Shown one piece after another: positions 9,652-19,899 of a DNA stretch of 64,000 bases (the first letter of the stretch is position 1; every line of letters starts with the position of its first letter). This DNA is from a bacterium (GTDB lineage Bacteria > UBA8248). Where the stretch lies: contig CBDBEV010000001.1 of NCBI GenBank assembly GCA_965204535.1, forward strand, positions 960,001-1,024,000, read 5' to 3'. The position numbers were made by a program, and so were the translations under genes. Under the pieces are notes generated by a model. It was not told the origin of the DNA. It searched no databases and saw nothing but the letters and a program-made list of their open reading frames with translations.

Positions 9652-11238
9652 ATGACGTCATCCCCCTCCCATCCAACCGAATCCCGGCCCAATGGCGCGG
9701 AGGAGCGCCTCATCCTCGACATGCGCGGAATCGGCAAGCGGTTTCCGGGCGTCGTGGCGCTCGACGACGTGGACTTCAGCGTGCGCCCCGGCGAGGTCCA
9801 CGTGCTGCTGGGCGAGAACGGGGCCGGCAAGTCGACCATGATCAAGATCATCTCGGGCGTCGTCGAAAAAGATACCGGCGAGATGGTGTTCGAAGGAGAC
9901 GTGATCGAGAGGTGCTCTCCCGCGCTCACGCGGGAGCTTGGTATCAGCGTCATCCACCAGGAACTGAGCCTCGTGCGTCTGATGGACGTCAAGAGCAATC
10001 TCTTCCTGGGCCGCGATTTGAGGAGCAAGAACAAATTGCTCGGGCGGCTGGGCGTGCGCGATGAGGCGGCGATGGAGCGGCGCTGCCGCGAGATTTTCAC
10101 GGAACTGGGGATCGACGTCGACCCCAACGCCGAGGTCTTGAGTTTGAGTTTATCTGACATGCAGTTTCTCGAGATCGCCAAGGCGGTGGCCTTCGACGCC
10201 AAAGTCATCCTGATGGACGAACCCACCTCGTCCCTCGGCCCCGGGGAGAAGGAAGCGCTCTTCGAGGTCATCGAGCGCTTGACGGCGCGCGGCATCGGGG
10301 TCGTCTACGTCTCCCACACGCTGGAGGACTGCCTCGCTATCGGCGATCGCATCTCCGTCCTGCGCGACGGGCGCCACGTCGGGACGATTGATGCCGAGAA
10401 CACCGAGGTCGACACACTGATCCGCATGATGACGGGGCGCACATTCAGCGAACGCTATCCCAGGATTTCGGGGGAGATCGGTGAGGAGGTTCTCGAAGTC
10501 AGGAATTTCACGTCAGCAGGCGTTTTCAGCGACGTGAGTTTCCGCGTCAGGCAGGGTGATATCCTGGGTTTTGCAGGATTGGTCGGCGCGGGACGCACGG
10601 ACTTGTTCCGCGCGCTCTTCGGTCTCGACAGGATCGATGCCGGCGAGGTGCTCATCGACGGCGAGCCGGTGAGTATCCGGAAGCCCCGCGACGCCATACG
10701 CCACGGGCTGTCTTTCCTGACCGAGGACCGCAAGAACCAGGGCGTGTTCCCGCTCCTCTCGGTGCTGGAGAACCTGCTGATCACCCTGTTCAACTTCGGC
10801 CGGGAGAGCCGCTCCAGGAGGCTCACGCGCCTGCTCGGCTGGGTCAACGGCTCGGGTGCGGAGGGTCTCTCGCACGACTACGTGGAGCGGCTGAGCATCA
10901 AGGTCGCTTCTCTCACGGATCAGATCGCCCAGCTCAGCGGCGGAAACCAGCAGAAGGTGCTCCTCGCGCGGGGCATATCCACCGGCGCGCGGGTCGTCAT
11001 TCTGGACGAGCCGACCAAGGGCGTCGACGCGGGCGCCAAGGTGGAGATATACCGCATCCTCGAGGAACTCGCGCAACTCGGTGTGGCGATCATCGTGATA
11101 TCCTCGGAATTGCCCGAGGTCACGGCGATCTGCAACCGGATCATCGTGATGAACGAGGGCCGCATCACCGGCGAGGTTCTAAGAGAAGACGCCGACGCGG
11201 AGACCATCATGCGCTACGCGACGGGCACGGCGGCGTAA
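9652..11238 (+). CDS. RbsA-type sugar ABC transporter ATP-binding protein
   Basis: GENGAGKST, MDEPT, LSGGNQQK and LDEPTKGVD; two ABC domains. Confidence 0.95.
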   Translation: MTSSPSHPTESRPNGAEERLILDMRGIGKRFPGVVALDDVDFSVRPGEVHVLLGENGAGKSTMIKIISGVVEKDTGEMVFEGDVIERCSPALTRELGISVIHQELSLVRLMDVKSNLFLGRDLRSKNKLLGRLGVRDEAAMERRCREIFTELGIDVDPNAEVLSLSLSDMQFLEIAKAVAFDAKVILMDEPTSSLGPGEKEALFEVIERLTARGIGVVYVSHTLEDCLAIGDRISVLRDGRHVGTIDAENTEVDTLIRMMTGRTFSERYPRISGEIGEEVLEVRNFTSAGVFSDVSFRVRQGDILGFAGLVGAGRTDLFRALFGLDRIDAGEVLIDGEPVSIRKPRDAIRHGLSFLTEDRKNQGVFPLLSVLENLLITLFNFGRESRSRRLTRLLGWVNGSGAEGLSHDYVERLSIKVASLTDQIAQLSGGNQQKVLLARGISTGARVVILDEPTKGVDAGAKVEIYRILEELAQLGVAIIVISSELPEVTAICNRIIVMNEGRITGEVLREDADAETIMRYATGTAA

Positions 11239-11263
11239 GAATCGCACGGTAACGGAGGGGACG

Positions 11264-12274
11264 ATGAGCGGCGAAGGAAAAATCGATACCGGACGCGGCT
11301 CGGCCGCCGAAGCGAGGGGGGGATACGACATCGCCTCTCTCATCGCGTCGGGCTTTTCCAGGTACGGCCTCATCCTGGCGCTCATCTTGCTGATCGTCTT
11401 TCTCTCGATCACGGCAGAGAACTTCTTCACCGTCTCGAACATGATGAACATCCTGCTCCAGTCATCGAACATCGGTATCATGGCGGCGGGCCTCACGCTC
11501 GTCATCATCTGCGCGGAGATCGACCTGTCGGTGGCCTCCATCCAGTCGATGGGCGCGGTCGTCGTCGCGCTTCTGCTCAAGGAATACGGCGTGCCCATCG
11601 TGCCCGCGGTGTTCGCCACCCTGCTTCTGGGCGTCGGGCTGGGCGCCGTGAGCGGGGTCTTCGTGGGCTGGTTCGCGATCCCCGCCTTCATCCTCACGCT
11701 GGCGATGGACAGCCTCGCGCGCGGCGGCGCGCTCATCCTCACGGGCGAGCAGTCCATCTTCGGCCTGCCCGAGGCGTTCAGCGTGGTGGGGCAGGGCTAC
11801 CTGGGCCCGTTCCCCATGGCCGCCGTCATCATGGGCGTCGTCTTCCTGGCGGCGCACCTCATCCTCTCGCGCACCGTCCTGGGCACGAACATCTACGCCG
11901 TCGGCGGCAACAAGGAGGCCGCCCGCGTCGCCGGCGTCAACGTCTTCGCCGTCAAGCTGTTCGTGCTCGTCTTCAGCGCCTTCTGCGGTGCGCTCGCGGG
12001 CGTGGTTATGGCCTCGCGCCTCATGGCCGCCCAGGCCATCATGGGCATGTTCGATCTGATGGACGTCATCGCCGCGGTCGTCATCGGCGGCGCCTCGCTG
12101 CTGGGCGGCGAGGGGCGCGTCATCGGCACCGTCATCGGCACGCTCATCATCGCGTGCATCCGAAACGGCCTGAACCTGCTGGGCATCGCCGCCGACTGGC
12201 AGTTGCTGGCCGTGGGCGCGATCATCATCCTGGCCGTCCTGCTCGACTACGTGGGGAAAAAGCGCACGGCGTAG
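11264..12274 (+). CDS. RbsC-type sugar ABC transporter permease
   Basis: EIDLSV, IPAFILTL, IYAVGGNKEAARVAGV and AAVVIGG motifs. Confidence 0.93.
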   Translation: MSGEGKIDTGRGSAAEARGGYDIASLIASGFSRYGLILALILLIVFLSITAENFFTVSNMMNILLQSSNIGIMAAGLTLVIICAEIDLSVASIQSMGAVVVALLLKEYGVPIVPAVFATLLLGVGLGAVSGVFVGWFAIPAFILTLAMDSLARGGALILTGEQSIFGLPEAFSVVGQGYLGPFPMAAVIMGVVFLAAHLILSRTVLGTNIYAVGGNKEAARVAGVNVFAVKLFVLVFSAFCGALAGVVMASRLMAAQAIMGMFDLMDVIAAVVIGGASLLGGEGRVIGTVIGTLIIACIRNGLNLLGIAADWQLLAVGAIIILAVLLDYVGKKRTA

Positions 12275-12616
12275 GGGTTGTTGGAAATGTCCCCCTAATG
12301 GGTTCTTGCCCCCAATCGAGATTGTTCACCGTCATTCCGGCGGATGCCGGAATCCAGAGCAGATGGAGATACCGAATCGCAGGCAGGCCAAGAAAAACGA
12401 TAAAGCGAAAAGGCAAATTCAAAGACAAAGTCCCTGGATTCCGGCATGCGCCGGAATGACGATCAAAACCGCATTCACCCGTAGGGGCGGCCCCCCGTGG
12501 CCGCCCGTATCGGATATGTCCATCCCCGAGGTTGCGCTTTACAGGGACAGGCACGGGGGCCTGTCCCTACAAACCCTCTACTTGCAGGACCCTGTGCAGG
12601 GTTTTTCAAGGGCCCC
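12274..12616. mobile_element. Degenerate MITE-like element carrying CGTC- and GTAG-type REP doublets
   Basis: Ends GGGGTTGTTGGAAA / TTTTTCAAGGGCCCC. Internal CGTCATTCCGGC..ATGCCGGAATCCAG inverted pair and GTAGGGGCGG / CTGTCCCTAC repeats. Confidence 0.65.
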
Positions 12617-12721
12617 GCATTCGCGGCCCGTTACAAGGGGTGGATATCCCCCATGTTTTCGGCTTTTCCCTGCGCGCGTGTGGTGTATACTGGCCTCTGG
12701 AGCCGCCGCCGGAGGCGTGAG

Positions 12722-14575
12722 ATGTCCCAACCCAGCAGTTCTGAACCGAGCACCCCGGCCCGACAGGGGTTTTACTGCTCCATCGTCTTCAAGAGCCTCA
12801 TCCTCGTCCTGATCATCCTCATCGTCGCCATCGTCCCGATGTCCTACCGCTACTACCAATCGAGCTACAACTACGAGCTCAACGTGCTCTCGGCCAGGCT
12901 CGAGTTCTTCGCCGAGCGCGGCGCCTCCCGGATAGACGCAGAAGCCGTCCACAGCCTGAGAATCCCGGAGGACAAGAAAACCGCCGAGTACAGGGAAGTG
13001 CTCGCCGTGCTTCGGCGCATCAAGAGTGTTTCGGGTGTGGACAACGCCATCATCATGCGCAGGCGGCCGAACGGCAGCTACGAATACGTCGCCGCCGCGC
13101 ACGACGGGTTCCAGATCGGCCAGGACGTCCAACTCCACCGGGTCTTTCCCGCCACCTACAAGGCCACGAACGACACCTGGAACGAGGGCGAGATGATGCG
13201 CTCCCGGCTCTTCGGCGGAAAGGTGGGGAACCGCGAGTTCGACAAGTTCCTGCAGCTCAACACGCCGCTCAAGTTGAACGGCAAGGTGGTGGCCATCCTG
13301 ATGCTCAACAAGGTCGCGAACCCCGTGGCCGAGCAGGTGGCGACGAACACCTTCAAACTGCTCCGCTTCACCATCATCCTGGTCGCTCTTGGCCTCATCC
13401 TCTTCTGGGTCATCTCCTCGCGGATGCTGCGCCTGATCAGGAACCTGACGTCCGCGGCGGAAGAGGTGAGCCAGGGCAATCTCGACGTCACGGTGCCCGC
13501 CAAGAGGAGCCACGACGAGGTGGGCCGTCTGGCCACCTCGTTCGAGGGCATGATCGATGGCTTGAAGCAGCGCGATTTCATCCGCGACACCTTCGGGCGC
13601 TACATCAGCAAGGAGATAGTGGATGAACTCCTGAACTCGCCCGACGGCCTCAAGCTCGGCGGCGAGGTGCGCGAGGTGACCTTCCTGGTTTCGGACCTGC
13701 GGGGGTTCACCGCGCTCTCCTCGCGCCTTGAGCCGGGCGAAGTCATCGACGTGGTGAACCGCTTCCTCGAACCGATGGTGGACATCATCACCAGGCACCG
13801 GGGCACGGTGGACGAGTTCCAGGGAGACGGCATTCTCGCGTTCTTCGGAGCGCCGCTCGCCGCGCCCGACGACTCGGCCCGGGCGGTCGCCTGCGCCGTG
13901 GAGATGCAGCGCGCCCTCGTCGAGATCAACCAAGAGCAGCGCGCGCGCGGCATGCCCGATCTTCACATGGGAATCGCCATCAACACGGGCGAGGTGATCG
14001 TCGGCAACATCGGTTCGGAGAAACGCACCAAGTACGGCGCGATGGGCACGGCCATCAACATGGCCTACCGCATCGAGTCCTACACCGTCAGCGGGCAGGT
14101 GCTCATCAGCATGGATACCTACCAGAAGATGGCGGAATACGTGCAAGTCGGCGATACGCAGGATTTGCGCTTCAAGGGGCTGGAGGAGCCGGTTCGCGTC
14201 TACGAGGTGCGGGGCATGTCGGGGCCCTATGCGTGCGAGATGCCGGAAACCGCGCCCGAAGTGTTCGTGGACCTCGCCTCGCCGGCCGGCGTGCGGATGT
14301 TCGTCCTCAAGGGCAAGACGGTGTCGGACGAAGCGGTTTCCGCCGCCATCGAACGCATCTCGGAGAATTGCCTGGACGTGGTGGCGGAGGTCGCCTTCGA
14401 GAGGAATGCGAACCTCATGCTGCGCCTGGCGGAGGAAGCGGACGTGTCCGATATCTACGCGAAGGTCGTGGAGGCGGATGGGAACCGACTGGTGCTTCGC
14501 TTCACCTCCCTGCCCGATGACGCCAAGGCGTATTTCGAGCGAATCCGGGAAGCCGCCGCGCAGTCGAGCGCGTAG
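12722..14575 (+). CDS. Membrane-bound class III adenylate cyclase (sensor-HAMP-cyclase, possible PilZ-like C-terminus)
   Basis: Two transmembrane segments, HAMP (DEVGRLATSF), SDLRGFT, FQGDGILAFFGAP, GNIGSEKR..Y..MG..IN.A.RIE. Confidence 0.9.
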   Translation: MSQPSSSEPSTPARQGFYCSIVFKSLILVLIILIVAIVPMSYRYYQSSYNYELNVLSARLEFFAERGASRIDAEAVHSLRIPEDKKTAEYREVLAVLRRIKSVSGVDNAIIMRRRPNGSYEYVAAAHDGFQIGQDVQLHRVFPATYKATNDTWNEGEMMRSRLFGGKVGNREFDKFLQLNTPLKLNGKVVAILMLNKVANPVAEQVATNTFKLLRFTIILVALGLILFWVISSRMLRLIRNLTSAAEEVSQGNLDVTVPAKRSHDEVGRLATSFEGMIDGLKQRDFIRDTFGRYISKEIVDELLNSPDGLKLGGEVREVTFLVSDLRGFTALSSRLEPGEVIDVVNRFLEPMVDIITRHRGTVDEFQGDGILAFFGAPLAAPDDSARAVACAVEMQRALVEINQEQRARGMPDLHMGIAINTGEVIVGNIGSEKRTKYGAMGTAINMAYRIESYTVSGQVLISMDTYQKMAEYVQVGDTQDLRFKGLEEPVRVYEVRGMSGPYACEMPETAPEVFVDLASPAGVRMFVLKGKTVSDEAVSAAIERISENCLDVVAEVAFERNANLMLRLAEEADVSDIYAKVVEADGNRLVLRFTSLPDDAKAYFERIREAAAQSSA

Positions 14576-14599
14576 GGTTATCCCGCTTCAGGCCGAATC

Positions 14600-14833
14600 G
14601 GGATTGTTGGAAAACCTCTTGCGTTTAGGTCGGGATTTTACCGTAGGGGCGGACCTGTGTGTCCGCCCTGATTCCTGAAACGAAAAGCGGGCGGACACAC
14701 AGGTCCGCCCCTACGGTAAAATGGTTGTGTTCGTCTGTAGGGACAGGTCGCGACCTGTCCGATTTGGTTTGGATCGTCCTTCCGGCATTCGCCGGAAGGA
14801 TGGTGAACACTTTCGATGGGGGGCAACAACCCC
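14600..14833. repeat. MITE/REP cluster (GTAG-type REP doublet)
   Basis: CCGTAGGGGCGGACCTGTGTGTCCGCCC and its inverted copy, GTAGGGACAGGTCGCGACCTGTCC, and degenerate GTTGTTG-type ends. Confidence 0.7.
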
Positions 14834-14868
14834 TCCTCGGGAGGTCGCGCGTTCGCGGAAACGCCCGA

Positions 14869-14898
14869 CCCCGGGGACTCAGCCCCGGGGTCTTTTTC
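14869..14898. terminator. Hairpin, probable intrinsic terminator between convergent genes
   Basis: CCCCGGGG-ACTCAG-CCCCGGGG followed by TCTTTTT on the + strand. Confidence 0.55.
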
Positions 14899-14906
14899 GT
14901 TGCGGC

Positions 14907-16190
<1,284 letters not shown>

Positions 16191-16577
16191 CTTTTTGAAC
16201 CTCCTTTGGAAATTGAAACAATAATCCGAAAAATTTTTGTTCGGGTTTGAAGCGGCGGTTTCACCCGCCCGCCGGCTCGAATGCCGCCTTCCGCCGCGCA
16301 GGTGTGAACCTCACGGCCCCGCTTCACCCGGTCGGTGTTTTTCGACGTCTCCGGGCTTGATTCTCATCGTGGTACGACGCATACACCAATCTCCCTGATA
16401 TGGCTCCGCACCCCGAAGGGCGTCGAAGCCGGCCGTTCAGTCAAGGAAAATAGGGATTCCTCGCGGGGGAAACCCCCCAATCGTCTCCAGAGCAATCCTG
16501 GGCGTTGGATGAGTGTAGCCCCCACTATATCATCACGAGCGCCGCCTGTGTAGCACGCGCCCGATTACAAGAGGGGC

Positions 16578-16720
16578 ATGGCGATCCCTGCGCCTTCATT
16601 CGACATCGTTTCAGGGAGGGATTTACAGGAAGTCGGGGGCGCGATCAACGGGGTGTGCCGGGAAATTACCTGGCGGTTTGATCTCGATGGCTCCGGATGC
16701 GCGCTGCAGAGAAGTGGCGC
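16578..16720 (+). pseudogene. yajQ: Degenerate 5' fragment of a yajQ-like gene
   Basis: PSFDIVSGRDLQEVGGAINGVCREITWRFDLDGS matches the YajQ N-terminus (PSFDIVS..D.QEV.NA..Q..KEI..RFDFKGS). Similarity stops after about 45 codons. Confidence 0.65.
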
Positions 16721-16735
16721 GATGAAAGCCAGACC

Positions 16736-16788
16736 GCGCATTTCCCCGCATTTGCGCGTCAGGGCTCACAGGCCCCATCCTCTATATT
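16736..16788 (+). promoter_or_regulatory. Putative activator-dependent promoter of the terminase-portal module
   Basis: GCGCATTTCCCCGCATTTGCGCG (16736-16758), a 24-nt spacer, then TATATT (16783-16788). The same architecture occurs at 30019. Confidence 0.7.
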
Positions 16789-16836
16789 CCTCCCCCGTGA
16801 GGATGCGCGCGGCATCCTTGGGAGGGAGGAGTCCCG

Positions 16837-17895
16837 GTGCGAAAGTCCCTGAAAATCATCCGGGCGCCCGGTATGGACCTCGCCGCCGGCGTCGCGCCGC
16901 GCTTTTCGGGCGAGGCGCGCGGGCTGGCCCGGTTTCTGACCGGCGAGATGTCGACCGACACCGGCGCATTCACCTTCAAAGGCAGAGAGGCGCTTCTGGA
17001 GATCGTCGCCGCGCTGGATGAGATTATAAATTGCCGGGCGCCCGATCAGACCATCAGCGTCCTGAAGGGCGCGCAGGTGGGCATGACCACCCTCGCCATC
17101 GGTTTTGCGCTCTACTGCGTCATCGTCCACCGCCTGAACGTGGGCTATTTTCTGCCCGATCAGGATTTCGCGGACCGCTTCGACCAGACGCGCGTGCGCC
17201 CGGTGATTCGAAACGAAAGTATCGCCTCGATCATGCGCGACGGAAAGTACCGGGGCGCATCCCCCAAGGGCCTGAAGGAGTTCCCCGGACGCGGGGGCTC
17301 GCGTTTTCTCTACATCCTGGGCCTCAGGGACATCGGCAACGCCATATCCATCCCGCTCGACGTGCTCGTCCGCGACGAGGTGGACGACCTTCCGCCGGAT
17401 AACCTCAAGTGGTCGAACGACCGCATCGACGCCTCTCCCTTGGCTCTTACGCTCAACCTGGCCGTCGGCAGAACTCCCGGCGCGGGCATTCACGCCATGT
17501 ACGAGGCGGGGGACCGCAGGCGCTGGCATGTGAGATGCCCGACGTGCCGCACCGAGAGCGTGCTGGAGGAGCACTGGCCGCAAATCCTGAGCGGCGATAC
17601 GCTCGTCTGCCCGGACTGCGGCGGCGCGCTCAAGGGGGGAGCGGGTCGGTGGGTGGCCGCGCGCGTGAATCCCCGGCACAGGAGCTATCGCCTCTCCCAG
17701 CTCGCGGTCGGCGCGGTTCGGCTCGACCGGGTCGCGGCGAAATGGGCCGCCGCCTCTCTTCCGAGTGAGAAGGCGCGCTTTCGCTGCTCGGCCCTCGCCA
17801 TCCCCGATGCGGGCGATACCCGGCCTATCTCTCCTGAATTGCTCAGTAAGCTGCGCGACGCAGCACCCTATCGCCTGGCGGAGGCCCCGGCATGA
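16837..17895 (+). CDS. Terminase large subunit ATPase domain (GpA-type), stand-alone
   Basis: KGAQVGMTT Walker A variant, DEVDDL Walker B, GD.RRWHVRCPTC...CPDCG zinc ribbon, G.WVA. GGAGGGAGG RBS before GTG. Confidence 0.85.
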   Translation: MRKSLKIIRAPGMDLAAGVAPRFSGEARGLARFLTGEMSTDTGAFTFKGREALLEIVAALDEIINCRAPDQTISVLKGAQVGMTTLAIGFALYCVIVHRLNVGYFLPDQDFADRFDQTRVRPVIRNESIASIMRDGKYRGASPKGLKEFPGRGGSRFLYILGLRDIGNAISIPLDVLVRDEVDDLPPDNLKWSNDRIDASPLALTLNLAVGRTPGAGIHAMYEAGDRRRWHVRCPTCRTESVLEEHWPQILSGDTLVCPDCGGALKGGAGRWVAARVNPRHRSYRLSQLAVGAVRLDRVAAKWAAASLPSEKARFRCSALAIPDAGDTRPISPELLSKLRDAAPYRLAEAPA

Positions 17896-18539
17896 GCGCG
17901 AACTATCGCTTTTGCGGAATCGATACGGGCGACCGCTGCGCCCTCGCGGTGCGCGAGCATGAGGAAGGCCGGCCCGCCCGGTGGATTTATTTCGAGGCGC
18001 CGCCGATAGAGCGCCTCGTCGAGCGGTGCCGCGCCGTGTTCTCGGGTCTCGGGGTGGAAGCGTTCGTCATAGACGGCGGCCCCCACACCCAGGCCGCGCG
18101 CGCGGTCTACGACCTCTGTCCCGAGGGCGGCTTCATCTGGCGGCACACCGAGGGGGAGATGCAGACCAGGGACGTCTCGTTTCTGGGCGTCGAGCGCCGC
18201 CACGTGCGGATGAACCGCGAGGACCTGCTCGATCACCTCGTGGAGGAGTTTCACGAGGGGGCCGGGCGGGTCTTGCTGCCGAGTCCCAAGGACACCGGGG
18301 AGGAGGCGCTACTCGCCGAGGTGGAGCGCCACCTGATGAATTTGAGGAAAAGGCCGCGCATCCGCTCCTCCGGGGAGACGGTGCTGGCGTATGAGCGGAA
18401 CGAGAACCACTTCGGCTTCGCCTGCGCCTATGCGCGGCTGGCCGAATCCCTGGCGCAGAGCGAGGGCGTGCTGGCCCCCATCGCCGGGGGAACGGTGACG
18501 CCGCAGGCTTTTAACAAACGGATGCTCAAGAGGAGATGA
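17892..18539 (+). CDS. Terminase large subunit nuclease (RNase H-like) domain, separate ORF
   Basis: CGIDTG first acidic motif, VIDGGP, and C-terminal NHFGFACAYARLA. ATGA overlap with the ATPase gene and its own GGAGG. Confidence 0.7.
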   Translation: MSANYRFCGIDTGDRCALAVREHEEGRPARWIYFEAPPIERLVERCRAVFSGLGVEAFVIDGGPHTQAARAVYDLCPEGGFIWRHTEGEMQTRDVSFLGVERRHVRMNREDLLDHLVEEFHEGAGRVLLPSPKDTGEEALLAEVERHLMNLRKRPRIRSSGETVLAYERNENHFGFACAYARLAESLAQSEGVLAPIAGGTVTPQAFNKRMLKRR

Positions 18540-19891
18540 GAATGGAGAGTGTGAAGAGGGTGAAGGTTCCCGGGCGGAAGACGGAACTCAAGAGAAAAGG
18601 GGAGGCCGCGCAGCGTACCGGGCGAACGAGCGCGGCGATTGACCCGGACGAGAAAATCTGGCGGCCCCTCGGCGAGGGGCGGAGCGGGGTGTCTCCCTAC
18701 ACCCACGCGCGCATGCAGGCTTTGGCGTATGAATTATGGCTCACGAACCTCATGGGCCAGCGCCTCATCGAGATCGTGACGGATCACGTCGTGGGCGAGG
18801 GGGTGAGCTGGCATTCCGAGGATGAGCGCGCCCTGCAGGCAGTCAGGGCGTTCTGGGGCGATCCCGTGAACCAGATGGACATCCGCTTCGAGCGGCTGGT
18901 CTCCGAACTCGGGATTTTCGGCGAACTCCTGCTGCCCGTCGCCGTCTCGCGCTTCGAGGGGCGCGTCCGCCTGGGCTACGTCAGCCCCCGCCTGATCGAA
19001 GAGGTGGTCACGGACCCGGACAACTGCGCTCTGCCCATAGGGGTCCTCCTGCGCGCCCGGGGGCCGGGCGGGGCGGCGCGCAAGGGCAAGCGAATCAGGA
19101 CGGTACTGGGCGGCGACCCGCGCGGCTATCTGAGCGCCTCCGCCCGGCGGGAGCGCGAGCGCTTCACGGACGGGGAGGCGTTCCTGTTCCAGATCAACAA
19201 GGCGAGCGACGCCGCGCGCGGCGCTTCGGACTTGCTCGCCGCCATCGACTGGATAGACACCTATGAGCGCTTCATCTTCGATGCCGTGGAGCGCGCGCGC
19301 CTGCAGAACAGCTTCATCTACGACGTCACCTTGAAGGGCGCCGGCCCCGACAAGATAGCCGAGTGGCTCGCCGAGAACGGCGTCGCGCCCAAGCCCTCGA
19401 GCGTGCGCGTCCACAACGAAAAAGAGGAGTGGCAGGCCGTCTCGCCCGACCTGAAAGGAGGCGAGTCCGGCGCGCAGGGGGTCGCCAAGATGATGCGGGG
19501 CCTGCTGCTCGGCGGCGTAGGCGTACCTTCCCACTGGTTCGCCCAGGGGGAGGACGTGAACCGGGCATCGGCCGAGTCGATGGATCAGCCGACGCTCAAG
19601 AAGATGACGCGCCGCCAGCGCACCGTGCGCCATATCCTGCAGGCCATGGCCGACAAACAACTCGAAGAAGCCCGCCGCGCGGGCGCGTTGCCCGAAGAAG
19701 CGCTGCGCTCGGGCGTCTCGCCCGTTCTGCCGGATATCTCCGTTCGCGACACCGAGAAGATGTCCGAGGCGCTCCTGCGCGTGAGCACGGCGCTCGAGAC
19801 GGCAACCTCACGCGGCTGGATGAGCGATGACGCCGCCGGCAAGCTCATCACCCACCTCGCGGGGCAGTTCGGCATGAACCTGGAGGGGTAG
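18536..19891 (+). CDS. Phage portal protein
   Basis: 451 aa directly after the terminase. N.M..RLIEI..DHVVGEG, IFGE, RG.SDL...IDW and GVPSHWF...EDVNRASAE are portal-like motifs. Confidence 0.8.
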   Translation: MRMESVKRVKVPGRKTELKRKGEAAQRTGRTSAAIDPDEKIWRPLGEGRSGVSPYTHARMQALAYELWLTNLMGQRLIEIVTDHVVGEGVSWHSEDERALQAVRAFWGDPVNQMDIRFERLVSELGIFGELLLPVAVSRFEGRVRLGYVSPRLIEEVVTDPDNCALPIGVLLRARGPGGAARKGKRIRTVLGGDPRGYLSASARRERERFTDGEAFLFQINKASDAARGASDLLAAIDWIDTYERFIFDAVERARLQNSFIYDVTLKGAGPDKIAEWLAENGVAPKPSSVRVHNEKEEWQAVSPDLKGGESGAQGVAKMMRGLLLGGVGVPSHWFAQGEDVNRASAESMDQPTLKKMTRRQRTVRHILQAMADKQLEEARRAGALPEEALRSGVSPVLPDISVRDTEKMSEALLRVSTALETATSRGWMSDDAAGKLITHLAGQFGMNLEG

Positions 19892-19899
19892 GGGGCTAT

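Noticed and set aside
16250-16320. Formal call of a glnA-type glutamine riboswitch
   Set aside because: Only a loose GTTCA...CGGAAG resemblance, and the remaining consensus is absent. Kept only as a candidate structured leader.
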